From assembly GCA_964016885.1 (NCBI GenBank), contig OZ024754.1, forward strand, positions 27,218,001-27,282,000: DNA of 64,000 nucleotides, in the 5' to 3' direction. Shown here in pieces: positions 1 to 12,756 of this stretch. Source of the DNA: Eledone cirrhosa. Lineage: Eukaryota. Each line of letters opens with the position of its first letter. Position 1 is the stretch's first letter. Below the pieces are notes generated by a model. The model saw nothing but the letters and a program-made list of their open reading frames with translations. It was not told the DNA's origin and did no database searches. A program made the translations under genes and the position numbers.

Positions 1-175
1 ACACACAACATGACCCCCACCCCCATATATATGCACCGAAATGTACTTATGTAAATATTAAGGCGTATAGACATATATGCGCAACATATACACTCATTTA
101 TATATATATGCATTTACATATCCATATCATTGACATGCATATATACACACTTACATATACGTATCTAAACATCTA

Positions 176-905
<730 letters not shown>

Positions 906-1591
906 ATAGATAACAATCCCGAAAATTGAAAGCTATTTTCATATGTAACGGCAGGTAGCTCGAAAAATTAATATATTGAGAAACCATACATAGTTGTATT
1001 TAAACTAGTCAGAGGTAGCTAGAAACCATAACAACAGCAACTAAAAGAACAAAATAAATAATAAAAAAAACAGAAAATCACCTTGCTCTGAAAATATCAA
1101 CTGTTGAACTTGGAGAAACCAATTTAGCAATGGTGTAAAACATGTTTAACTATGCCAATAAAATCCTAGGAGAATATAGGTAGAATCGCTAAAAGTTGGT
1201 ATGGTGGTGTAGATAACAAACCTGCTTTGAAACCATGTGATTTTGGTTTCATTCATACGAAGTAATACCATGAGCATGCGTGTTCTACTAAAGCCACAGG
1301 TTCACAAATGCTATGCATGTGATATCAGAATAAGTGTTCAAAGTACCATGATATTTATACATTCAAACTGAATAAGCAATCAATACTTATGAGTAAAGTG
1401 TAAAAATTATATTTTCAAAATAGAAAAGTGACAGTGACTTCGAAGTTTCAGCGTGGTCGCTTCAACATATATTTTCCAATTCGTGTATTTATGCTAACGA
1501 TGATCTGTTTGTCCAACTGTCATGTTACGTGACATATGGACGGATTCAGACGTAAACATCGACATACGCTTGAACCCGCAACAGACACTCA

Positions 1592-1702
<111 letters not shown>

Positions 1703-1809
1703 CACACACACACAGTCAAACTTGAAACTGGGTGGGTAACCCTGGGGGAAATGAATACTTTTAGAAAAGCAAATATAGAAAAAATACTATATATATATAT
1801 ATATATATG

Positions 1810-2020
1810 TTAATAAAAGGAATTCCAACTTTGTCTGATATAATCGTTTTATTTACAATCCTTTAAAATTATAATGATATTATAATGAAATAGTATGGTA
1901 GAATATTAAATGCTAAATGTTAATATTCTACCATACTATTTCATTATAATATCATTATAATTTTAAAGGATTGTAAATAAAATGAGTAAATTAGACAAAG
2001 CTGGAATTCCTTTTATTAAT
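1810..2020. repeat. AT-rich hairpin, MITE-like or fold-back
   Basis: Perfect 63-bp arms 1847-1909 and 1920-1982 with a 10-nt loop; imperfect outer arms ttaataaaaggaattcc/ggaattccttttattaa. Confidence 0.85.
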
Positions 2021-2062
2021 ATACACAATCATACACACCCGTGTATATTTGTATGTATATAT

Positions 2063-2194
<132 letters not shown>

Positions 2195-2519
2195 ATAGAT
2201 AGAGAAAAACTTGGTAGAAATATACAAGATATAGAGAAATTCAAGTCGATACGACGACTTTTAATCTGAAGCCGTATTAGGAAATGACGTTCCTGTTATG
2301 ACTTCGTTGTAGTATTGCCCCTAATGATAATAATAATAATAATAATAATAATAATAGAAGAAGACGCACGAGGTGACGGAGGTCATGAAATCGCTCCCGT
2401 AAGTTTTGAATTTTTAACATATTTAAATCATTTGTGAAATAACAACTCTTAGTACAAATGCTACGTAAAGCACCCGGCTTGAGCCCCAAAAAATTCGGAC
2501 CCAAAATATATTGTTATAA

Positions 2520-3165
2520 GGCTCAAATATTCAAATATTCAACTTTGTATTGTACACTGTATATCCAAAAAAAAATGGCTATAAATGGAAGAAGAAGAAC
2601 CCCCCCCCCCTCCTCTCCTCTGGCTACACTATATAGGACAGCTAAACTCACCAACACCAGAAACTAGATACACCACCCACCCCATCATCTGTGTACACTA
2701 AACACAACAGCATTTTCACCTTCACCGCCACCGCTCACTACGGCCATCATTACCACCACTATCCCATCACCGCCGCCACCACCCCTTGACTCCTTCACTG
2801 CTGCTGCCACCGCTACAGCACCATCACTACAGTAATACGGCTCAAATATTCAAATATTCAACTTTGTATTGTACACTGTATATCCAAAAAAAAATAAAAT
2901 GGCTATAAATGGAAGAAGAAGAACCCCCCCCCCCCTCCTCTCCTCTGGCTACACTATATAGGACAGCGAAACTCACCAACACCAGAAACTAGATACACCA
3001 CCCACCCCATCATCTGTGTACACTAAACACAACAGCATTTTCACCTTCACCGCCACCGCTCACTACGGCCATCATTACCACCACTATCCCATCACCGCCG
3101 CCACCACCCCCTGACTCCTTCACTGCTGCTGCCACCGCTACAGCACCATCACTACAGTAATACGG
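2520..3165 (+). repeat. Near-identical ~320-bp tandem duplication (2520-2840, 2839-3165)
   Basis: Both units run ggctcaaatattcaaatattc...actacagtaatacgg; they differ in homopolymer lengths and a few substitutions; GG microhomology at the junction. Confidence 0.95.
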
Positions 3166-3557
3166 TCGCATCACCGCCACCACTGCCTCGGTATCGACAT
3201 CACCACCACCACTGTCTCAGTATCGCCAACGCCGCCAGTCTTTGCTGGCTACCACTTCCACATTATAGAATTCCTACTACTAACAAAGAGGAAGGCATCA
3301 AAATATATAGATAGACTCAAAAGAAAAAAGAAAAAAACAAACAACAAAAGCAGCACAGCAACAACAGTAAAAAACGAGAAAAACAGAGAAAAACAAAAAC
3401 AAAAAAAGAAACCCCAAAAACGTAAAGAAAATAAGAATGAAGAGAGAAGCAGGCGGACGGACAGAGAAGAGGGGGGAAAAAGTAAAACTTAAAAAACAAA
3501 AACTAAGTCAGACATTCGAATACTACATTACAATGAAACTTATGCTTATTCATTTTT

Positions 3558-6500
3558 GGGGCCCTTTCTGCCCGTGTGTTTGTTTGTTTATGTGTGTCCG
3601 TATACAGCGTGGTGATAATGCCACACAAGGGCCAAGTGGGATGGCGGATCCACAGATGGCTATGTAAACATACATTCGCCAATCCTCGATAAGAGTGTTT
3701 AAATATCGAACATAAACAGTTCGAATAACGGTGAAATGGAGACTAGAACGTCATGTGACAGACTCTCACCCAACAGGTGCCCCCTGGCTCAGCAGCAGGA
3801 ACCTGATTGTCAACGAAATACTGCTGATGTTGGAGGAAGAAGAAGAAGGAAAGGGGCCAGAACCAACTGGACGAAAGAATTGAATAGAACTGTTATGCAA
3901 TGCTACCTGAAAAGTAACCCCAAGGAGAGGGGCTACAGGAGACGGATGCATAACATCTGGAACGAGATTGGTTTATTTAAATTAGATGAACAAAAATTGG
4001 CCGGGCAGGCTCGGGTAATAAGAACCAATGGGTGGATAAGCGAGCTGGAACTGGAGGAACTGAGCAGAGAAGTATGCCAGACAAGCGAGCCGGCGGGAAA
4101 TGAAGGTGAGGAGGTCCTGAGAGCGGAGGAACCACCCGAAGCAGACAATGATCTGAATACTGAGATAAATAATACCTGGAACAGAGATACGGCCACTGAG
4201 GAGATGAATGCTGACGGGCTAGGACAAGATTCGGTTGACATCCTAAATTTAGTGGTAGATGAGTTGAACAATGATAGTGGGAGACCTATGAACCTAAGAT
4301 TTGTAGACAGGAAAAAGTTAAAAGAAACAACAGCTAAGGTAAACAAAGTCATCCCATACCTTGAGGCGAGGAGTCTCCACCAGTGCAACAATATCCTCAA
4401 AGCAACAGCAAATACAGTGAGGAAACTACTTGGTATAAAAGCGAGAGGAAACAACAGACAAGAAAGAGCAGAGCCGTGGTGGAAGAAGCGACTGAGTGGG
4501 CAAATCGGGGAAATGAGAAATGACATAGGAAAGCTTGAGTCACTACTGAATGGGACACTAAAAAACATAGGCACTAAAAATAGACTGGATATAAAATACA
4601 AAACTAGGAGTAAAAAGCTAAATATTATCATAGAGGAATTGAAGCAACGCATTGTAGCAAAGAGTGCCAAAATCAGGCGATACGAGAACAGAGTCAGTCA
4701 GTATAAACAGAACCGCATGTTCGACAACAACCAGAAGATGCTGTTTGGACAGCTTGAGGGGAAAGAAAGAGGCACCGACTTGATCCCTGGGGCGGAACAA
4801 GCTAAAACATTCTGGAGAGGAATATGGGAGCAGGATGTTAGACACAATGCCCAGGCAGGGTGGATTGAGACAGTACAGAGGGAGATCGGTGAGCAGGCAC
4901 AGCAACAGACTGATTTGAGTATCACAGTTGAAACTCTTAAGGGGCAAGCCAAAAAACTAACCAACTGGAAATCACCAGGCCCAGATGGTGTGCAGGGGTA
5001 TTGGATTAAACATTTAACATCCCTCCACCCGAAGCTGACGGCCATGTTCAATGACTGCTTGGTGTCGGGTGAGGTGCCAGAGTGGTTGACAAAAGGTACC
5101 ACAGTTCTGATAATGAAAGACCGAATCAAGGGTAATGATGTTACCAACTATAGACCTATCACATGTCTGCCCGTAATGTGGAAACTGTTGACGAGCATTG
5201 TGTCTGAGGAAATCTACCATCACCTCCACACAAACAACTTGTTGCCGGACGAACAGAAAGGATGCCGAAAGAAGTCACGTGGTACAAAGGACCAGTTGCT
5301 TATTGATAAGATGGTAATGGGGAATTGCAGGAGGAGACACACTGATCTTGCCATGGGATGGATAGACTACAGAAAGGCATTTGACATGGTGCCTCATTCC
5401 TGGATCACCAAAAGCCTGGAGATCTTCAGGGTGGCAGATAACATCAGACAGTTGCTGGGCAGGAGTATGGGGTCCTGGGAGACAGAGTTGACATCAACTG
5501 GAGTATCCTTGGGAAGCGTGAAGATCAAGAGAGGTATCTTCCAGGGAGATAGCCTGTCCCCTCTGTTGTTTGTCCTTGCCCTGATGCCCTTGACCATTAT
5601 GCTGCGAAAAGTGAGAGCAGGATACAAGTTGGGAAGGGGAGAGCTTACCATCAATCACCTCCTCTTCATGGACGATCTTAAGCTCTTCGGGAAAAGTGAG
5701 AAGGAGTTGGATGTGCTTGTTGACACTGTCCGTATTTTCAGCAGTGATATATGTATGCAGTTTGGTATTGGTAAATGTGGAGTCATTGTGATGAGGAGGG
5801 GTAGGTTGAGCAGAAGTAACGGGATCCAGATACCAACAGGTGAGATGATAAAGGAAATTGACTCTGAGGAAGGATACAAGTATTTGGGCGTTCTGGAGGC
5901 TGATGGCATAAAGAACAAAAAAATGAAGGAATTGTTAAGAACTGAATACATTCGGAGAGTAAGGAGCGTATTGAAGTCACATCTGAACAGCAGAAATGCC
6001 ATAAGCGCAGTAAATTCCCGAGCTGTGTCTATTATTAGGTACAGTGCGGGAATTCTGAGATGGAATGTTGCTGAACAAAAAGAAATGGATAGGAAGACTA
6101 GGAAGCTATTGACTATCTACAACATGTTCCACAAGAGGAGTGATGTCGATAGACTCTACCTAAGGAGATCTGAGGGTGGAAGAGGTCTTATCAGCATAGA
6201 GGACTGTGTTCAGATGGAGAAAAACAACCTATACAAATACGTGACCTATAGTAAGGAGCCAATGCTCAGAGCTGTACTGAAGGAGGGGACAGTAGGCCAG
6301 GGGATACCCAAGGAGGAAATAACATCAAGGAGGAAGAGCAGCCTTAAGGGAAAATCCCTTCATAGTACCTTCTTTGAGAAAACTGAATTTAGAGATCCAC
6401 AGACATGGAACTGGTTGAGAAGAGGAGACCTCAAAAAGGCTACAGAAGGAATGCTAATGGCTGCGCAGGAGCAGGCCCTCAAAACGAAGTGGTTGAAGCA

Positions 6501-7190
6501 CCATATCTACAAGGAGGAGGCTAGCCCACTGTGCAGGATCTGTGGAGAGAGAGAGGAGACTGTGGCTCACATTGTGTCCGAGTGTAAACACCTAGCCCAG
6601 ACCCACTATAAGGGCTGGAGACACGATGTGATGGGCAGGGTGATCCACTGGCACCTGTGCAAAGTAAACAATCTACCACATTCTGAGAAATGGTATGAGC
6701 ATAGGCCAGAGGCGGTGATGGAGAACAGTCAGGTGAAGGTGCTGTGGGATTTTAGGATACAGACGGACAAAAAACTGGAACACAATAGACCTGACCTGGT
6801 GGTTGTGGACAAAGAAAAAAGATCGTGCCTGATTGTGGATGTGGCCTGCCCGTTCGACACGAGAGTGCAAGAGAAGGAGAGGGAGAAAATTAACCGATAC
6901 CAGGACCTAAAGTGGGAGGTGAAAAGGATTTGGAACTGCCATGAAGTCAAAGTGATCCCGATTGTCATAGGCGCACTGGGGACTATCTCCAAAGGTTTCC
7001 AGGGATGGTTAAAGAAAATCGGCCCCTTCACGCTTTTTGGAACGCTTCAAAAGGCATGCTTGCTTGGAACAGCAAGAACCCTCCGATACGTCCTGAATAT
7101 CTGAGGCTGCAGGTAGTGGCTTGATATTCAATCCAACGGACTTTCCAGTTAACCAACATCAATGACTGAGATTCAAGGAATAACAATAAC

Positions 7191-7225
<35 letters not shown>
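3558..7225 (+). mobile_element. R4/Dong-clade site-specific non-LTR retrotransposon, apparently full-length (5' end uncertain, could lie as far left as ~2356)
   Basis: Single long RT+RLE ORF, ~75-nt 3' UTR, ends in (AAT)n at ~7179-7225; Dong-type elements are known to target (TAA)n. Confidence 0.85.
3736..7104 (+). CDS. Retrotransposon polyprotein: N-terminal helical (Myb-like) region, reverse transcriptase, CCHC zinc knuckle, PD-(D/E)xK restriction-like endonuclease
   Basis: 1122 aa uninterrupted; RT motifs KSPGPDG, NYRPITCL, WIDYRKAFDMVPH, GIFQGDSLSPLLF, HLLFMDDLKLF, YKYLG; CRICGEREETVAHIVSEC; RHD; RPDLVVVDK...VDVACP...EKINRYQDL. Confidence 0.95.
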   Translation: METRTSCDRLSPNRCPLAQQQEPDCQRNTADVGGRRRRKGARTNWTKELNRTVMQCYLKSNPKERGYRRRMHNIWNEIGLFKLDEQKLAGQARVIRTNGWISELELEELSREVCQTSEPAGNEGEEVLRAEEPPEADNDLNTEINNTWNRDTATEEMNADGLGQDSVDILNLVVDELNNDSGRPMNLRFVDRKKLKETTAKVNKVIPYLEARSLHQCNNILKATANTVRKLLGIKARGNNRQERAEPWWKKRLSGQIGEMRNDIGKLESLLNGTLKNIGTKNRLDIKYKTRSKKLNIIIEELKQRIVAKSAKIRRYENRVSQYKQNRMFDNNQKMLFGQLEGKERGTDLIPGAEQAKTFWRGIWEQDVRHNAQAGWIETVQREIGEQAQQQTDLSITVETLKGQAKKLTNWKSPGPDGVQGYWIKHLTSLHPKLTAMFNDCLVSGEVPEWLTKGTTVLIMKDRIKGNDVTNYRPITCLPVMWKLLTSIVSEEIYHHLHTNNLLPDEQKGCRKKSRGTKDQLLIDKMVMGNCRRRHTDLAMGWIDYRKAFDMVPHSWITKSLEIFRVADNIRQLLGRSMGSWETELTSTGVSLGSVKIKRGIFQGDSLSPLLFVLALMPLTIMLRKVRAGYKLGRGELTINHLLFMDDLKLFGKSEKELDVLVDTVRIFSSDICMQFGIGKCGVIVMRRGRLSRSNGIQIPTGEMIKEIDSEEGYKYLGVLEADGIKNKKMKELLRTEYIRRVRSVLKSHLNSRNAISAVNSRAVSIIRYSAGILRWNVAEQKEMDRKTRKLLTIYNMFHKRSDVDRLYLRRSEGGRGLISIEDCVQMEKNNLYKYVTYSKEPMLRAVLKEGTVGQGIPKEEITSRRKSSLKGKSLHSTFFEKTEFRDPQTWNWLRRGDLKKATEGMLMAAQEQALKTKWLKHHIYKEEASPLCRICGEREETVAHIVSECKHLAQTHYKGWRHDVMGRVIHWHLCKVNNLPHSEKWYEHRPEAVMENSQVKVLWDFRIQTDKKLEHNRPDLVVVDKEKRSCLIVDVACPFDTRVQEKEREKINRYQDLKWEVKRIWNCHEVKVIPIVIGALGTISKGFQGWLKKIGPFTLFGTLQKACLLGTARTLRYVLNI

Positions 7226-7227
<2 letters not shown>

Positions 7228-8146
7228 TCCGAGGAGGAAATAACATCAAGGAGAAAGAGCAGCCTTCAGGAAAAATCCCTTCATAGTACCTTCTTTGAGA
7301 AAACTGAATTCAGAGATCCACAGACATGGAACTGGTTGAAAAGAGGAGACCTTAAAAAAGGCTACAGAAGAAATGTTAATGGCTGCGCAGGAGCAGGCCC
7401 TCAAAACGAAGTGGTTGAAACACCATATTTACAAGGAGGAGGCTAGCCCACTGTGCAGGATCTGTGGAGAGAGAGAGGAGACTGTGGCTCACATTGTATC
7501 CGAGTGTAAACACCTAGCCCAGACTCACTATAAGGGCTGGAGACATGATGTGATGGGCAGGTTGATCCACTGGCACCTATGCAAAGTAAACAATCTAACA
7601 CATTCTGAGAAGTGGTATGAGCATAAGCCAGAGTCGGTGATAGAAAACGGTCAGGTGAAGGTGCTGTGGGATTTTAGGATACAGACGGACAAGAAACTGG
7701 AACACAATAGACCTGACCTGGTGGTTGTGGCCAAAGAAAAAAGATCGTGCCTGATTGGGGATGTAGCCTGCCCATTCGACACGAGAGTGCAAGAGAAGGA
7801 GAGGGAGAAAATTAACCGATACCAGGACTTAAAGTGGGAGGTAAAAAGGATTTGGAACTGCCATGAAGTCAAAGTGGTTCCGATTGTCATAGGCGCACTA
7901 GGTACTTTCTCAAAGAGTTTCCACGGATGGTTAAAGAAAATTAGTCCAGCCCCGCTTTTTGGAAGACTTCAAAAGGCATGCTTGCTGGGAACAGCAAGAA
8001 CCCTCCGATACGTCCTGAATATCTGAGGCTGCAGGTAGCGGCTTGATATTCATTTCAACAAACTTTCCAGTTAAATAACATCAATGACTGAGACTCAAAC
8101 AATAATAATAATAATAATAATAATCATAATAATAATAATAATAATA
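7228..8146 (+). mobile_element. 5'-truncated second copy of the same R4/Dong element
   Basis: Colinear with 6311-7180 with scattered substitutions; same 3' UTR; flanked on both sides by (AAT)n. Confidence 0.95.
7231..8026 (+). pseudogene. Truncated, frameshifted C-terminal part (zinc knuckle + RLE) of the R4/Dong ORF
   Basis: ORFs 7162-7446 and 7373-8026 match the C-terminus of 3736-7104; frameshift in the A-run at ~7354-7359. Confidence 0.9.
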
Positions 8147-9548
8147 TTATATAGCGAAGAATACGCACATGGTGGATAGAGTGTTATGGATTCGCTCCCG
8201 TAAGTTTTGATTTTTTACATATTTAAAACAATTGTGATATTTTCTCTGTTTTGACTATAAAATTTCTGATACAAAATTAAATATTAAATATTGGAGCCCT
8301 ATGATATAATGTCCTGCGTTGTCACTTCTTGAGAGTAAAAAGATTGCTGTCTTATGTCCCATTTGTAATAAGAATTATTCTATCACAAATGTTTTAAATA
8401 TGTAAAAAATCAAAACGTAATAATATAATAATAATAATTGTTTCTACTTTTGGCACAAGACCAGCAATTAGCTGCTGTTTACACTGAGATGTACTTGCTT
8501 CCTCTCCATGGGGAGGTCTTCTACTTCCAGTAACTTCATGCTACGGAAATCGGGATATGTACCAGCCTGATGAACTTCCGGCTCGAGACAGATATATTTT
8601 CGAAAGCACGTGGTTTTATGTTCAGTCGCATTGGAGTTGTACACTGGCGTAATGTCTTTTATAACCTCGGGTTGAAGAATGTCGTGTGAATGACATTTGG
8701 CATAGATATCAATCATAATAGTAGGCCATGTTTGCTTCTATATTTATTTATACAATAAATGTCTAGAACACTTGACATTTACACACAATGCATTTCCTAT
8801 CTCAGTCATATTTCTAGAATAAGAAGTTCTAACACTACATTTCTTCCCGAAAAAATTATTCAGCTAAAGTTACTTAATCCTTTAATCCTCGTACATATTG
8901 ACCATCTATGTAATTATAGCCCAGAAATAAATGATCTTATCATTAATCACTTCCACGTTTCAGTAATCAACATAAAATGTATGGCTTCTCTAAGGCAAAC
9001 CATAAATTTATCAAAACGTATATTTTCCTATTTGTATGACTGATCATAAATCCGGTATCCCTGGTATATATGGTATCAATCATCAAAAAATCAATAAATC
9101 TAGGGCTATTGCCATAATTATTGATGACACAAGTCTACTAGTTACATATAGATATAAATTTCTCGTATTTGTCCAACACTCGTAGCTACAAGCAAAACAT
9201 TTTTGATGTAACCATAGCCTCCACACACCTATATATATATATTGTTTTATATTTACTACAACTATTGGGAATTGCATTTTCCTCGTGGAAACGGTCAGCT
9301 TAAGAGATGATTAGCAGAACATACTCCTAGAACCTTTTATTTCAACCTGTTTGTATAGCGATAGGATTGTGTAGCTCACGTTTGAATCAATCCTATTGGA
9401 TTTCCTTTAACACGATAAGCACTGACCTTTGTATTGCTTGTTGTGCACTCTGACGTTAAGATGTTAGCCTTGTAATCATGAGGTCCCGATTACACACACT
9501 CTTCTTATTTACAGTGAAACTGACGCCAACATATATCGACAATCGATC

Positions 9549-9717
9549 GACTTTCGTCAAATCGGACCGTGGAAACAATGTTTCCGTTGGTATTTACAAT
9601 TGCTAACACTATCTATCGGTCGCAACTTCAGGTAGAAGGAGCAACGTAAAATAAAGTGTCCGGGAATCTAACTCACAACCTCACGCTTGCGAATCTAACA
9701 ACTTAGCCACGCGCCTT
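9549..9717 (-). mobile_element. tRNA-derived SINE family B (internally deleted)
   Basis: Reverse complement matches 57612-57822 (aaggcgcgtggc...gttgctccttctacctg...tagcaattg). Confidence 0.75.
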
Positions 9718-9726
9718 CACACACAA

Positions 9727-9763
<37 letters not shown>

Positions 9764-9773
9764 AAATTGATCT

Positions 9774-10130
9774 TTTGGCAGCCCCAACAATGCAGATGGG
9801 TAAATCGCCGGGTAACAGAATCAGGTGGTAATGAGAGAGATGTAAGAGGAAATGTAGAATGAGACGTATAGTGTGTAGAGGAACGTAAGAAAGAGTGTAA
9901 AAATAATAACACGAGATAGAGTTACCTTGGAAATGATTTAATTGTCCCTATATTTCGGATTTCGCATCCATCAACTGGGGGTTTTCCGAGGGGGAAAGTT
10001 TTTAATTGGAGAGACAACACGTGACCTACACACACGATAGACAACAGAGGCCATCTGCATTGTTGAGGCTTCCAAAACGACCAATTTTATTATTCCACAA
10101 TGCTTCAAGCAAACTTCAACACTCTGTTAT
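9774..10130. mobile_element. PLE-type terminus, family Z, with inverted arrangement and degenerate hammerhead
   Basis: 9774-9798 is inverted at ~10051-10077; homologous to 16995-17158; minus-strand ccccc-agttga-t-ggat..atcc-gaaa-tata-ggga at 9945-9981; flanked by TA tracts. Confidence 0.5.
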
Positions 10131-10139
10131 ATATATACG

Positions 10140-10181
10140 TTGGTGCGTTATCGTCCATCTGGTTCCTTACCACACCTCCTT

Positions 10182-10188
<7 letters not shown>
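10140..10188 (+). mobile_element. Family X tail fragment
   Basis: tggtgcgttatcgtccatctggttccttaccacacctccttc matches the tail of the 17985, 34163 and 59724 copies; ends in (TA)n. Confidence 0.7.
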
Positions 10189-10261
<73 letters not shown>

Positions 10262-10890
10262 AATGTGTATAGTACTTGCGTAGCATCTTGGACAAATACA
10301 TTTACCGTAGCACCGGGTCGACCCAAGTGGATAGACGGATATTTAATGAAAGTCAATAAGATGGACTGTAGCAGTAATTTCAAGGGTGTAGTCTTGTAAT
10401 ATATTGTGTCACACTGGAAATTACCTGTCTGTGGAATACTCAACCACTTGTAAATTCACGCTGGTAAATTCACGCTGGTATTCTATGGTTTATGATATTC
10501 TATCAATGTTTTCAGTTGCAACATAACCGTCTACCACACCTGCCAACCGTTTGGGGGCACTTTTCTTCATGGTACTCCCCGTTTGGGTACTCCATGTCTG
10601 CGGTTCTGAGGTAACCGCCAGCTATGTTAGCATTCAGTTTCAGCTGGAAGAACTCAGCAAATTATGGAGCAACTAAAATGCCCATAAATCAATAAATGTG
10701 CTGTAAAATGATGAATTACAATAAGTCGATATAAGGAGCGTAATTAATGAGAGAACGGAACAATTACAACAATAGATCGAAGGTGAAGAATTAATTATTT
10801 GAATCCCACAACATATATTAGCAATAGAATATATGTATTTGCGAACAATGAGATTCATCATCAGTATTGATTTTTTTTCAATATATATTT

Positions 10891-11072
10891 AATTGTTTTT
10901 ACTTTTGGCACAAGGCCAGCAATTATCCCAGGGTATTACTGGTACTTTATTTTATCGACACCATAAGGATGAAAGGCAAAGTTAACCTCGGCGGGATTTG
11001 AACTCAGACCATAAAGGGTCGTAACTCTTTGCTGCAAAGCATCGTGTCCGACCCTCTACCGATACTGCCAAT
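10891..11072 (-). mobile_element. tRNA-derived SINE family A
   Basis: Minus strand has A-box tggcagtatcggt, B-box gttcaaatccc, central gcctttcatcctta..gtcgataaaataaagtaccag and 3' ggccttgtgcc. Confidence 0.9.
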
Positions 11073-11509
11073 GGAAGCTTAAATACACAATTGCATTTTA
11101 TCTTTTGATTTGTCCATTTCGGAAGTTAAATTTCCAATATTGTTGTTAAAATTTCTTACTTTTCAACCTTTCGTCCTGTACCGAATGAACACATGTATAA
11201 CCAAATGTTTTCCAGCGTTCACCATGATGTGTTTGTTTCGTGTCATAATGTTACCTACAACTATTTAAAAAAAAACCTAATGTAACATTTTAAGACTGTA
11301 TATCAAGATGTTTGTAAAATGTTGCCATTTTTTGCAGGTCTAATGACTCTATAGACCTTCATTCGCTGATAGTCCGATGTTATTCCTTACTCTTTCTTTT
11401 TACTAAACTACCTGAAGTAGTTATTTATAAGATGTAAAACTATTTATTTTAAAATGTTTATATTTATCAGAATGTTATCTAAGTTATGTTCCAAACAACA
11501 GCATAATAA

Positions 11510-12149
11510 TTCTTTCTAATGTAGGTACAATGTCAACACTAAAGAGAAATAAGGAAAAAGTCGATTATATCAACCCAAGTACATAACTGGTACTATATTT
11601 TATCGATTATGGAATGATGAAAGACAAATGTGTATTTGGCGGGATTAGAACTCAGTGCCCATTCACTACGAGTACTGCAAAGCATATTCTTTTCACTCTA
11701 AGGACGCTGTCAATCCACCACAGTAAACATTTTTTAATTATGTAATATGGGGGAGGTGAAATTCAATTAAATCGACACCATTCTTGAGTGAGGAATTATT
11801 TTATCGATTCTTGAAATGATGACAAGTAAAGTTAACCTCGGCGGTATTTGAACCCATAAAGAGCTGTAATAAATACTACAAAACATATGTCCGACGCTCT
11901 AACGATTCTGCCCATCCACCCCCACTTAATAATGATTTCTACTATAGACACAAGGCCAGCAATTTTGGGGGAAAGGAAAGTCGATTGAATCGACCCCAGT
12001 GTATTACTGGTGCTTTATTTTATCGACCCCGTAAGGATGAAAGGTAAAGCTAACTTCGGCAGGATTTGAACTCAGATCGTAAAGGGTCGTAACTCTATAC
12101 TGTAAAGCATGTTGCCCGACGCTCAACCGATACTGCCAATCTACCGCCT
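11510..12149 (-). mobile_element. Cluster of three SINE A copies (two degenerate, one well conserved at 11931-12149)
   Basis: Repeated actggtac.ttattttatcga and ggcgggatttgaac motifs. Confidence 0.8.
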
Positions 12150-12756
12150 TTCCCCCTCTTAATAATAACAAAGTTACTTGTATTACAAAATCCCTGCAAA
12201 TTCGTGATTGTTTTTTAAAAATTAATTCAAATCTATTTTTAGTTTATTTTATTGAAAATATATTACTGGTAAGGCTAAGATGGTCTCTGAAATATGATCA
12301 GATGATCTTATTTCTGTTGAAGCCGTACAATATTATCTTTCAAATGAATCCCTACTTCAATATCTAACCAATTACATTTTAAAACATACACATACTAATC
12401 AACACATTAAGTTTATTTGGTACGAAATATATACAATGCTTCCTCGGGAATATATATTTTAATTGGTAATTGAAAAATGATTTTTAAATGAAATATTCAT
12501 CAGCATCAAGGTTTTTCTTTATAATAGGATGTTAAATAAACCATTTCTTTATTCCTTCTTCCAGCTATTTGTCAGAATGAATAATTACGATATTATGAAT
12601 ATTAGTTTTTTCTTATATTTTTATGAAACAAAAATGGTTGTTATTTTGATGCAACCAACTATTTCAATTGCACAAATACAAGTCTGTATAATAGTAGTTA
12701 ACTTGAAATTACAAATCTTAATATAAACATATTTCTCGTGATGGGAACCATATAAT

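Noticed and set aside
3766-7890. Minus-strand ORFs overlapping the retrotransposon (e.g. 3933-4670)
   Set aside because: Antisense shadows of the long ORF with no motifs.
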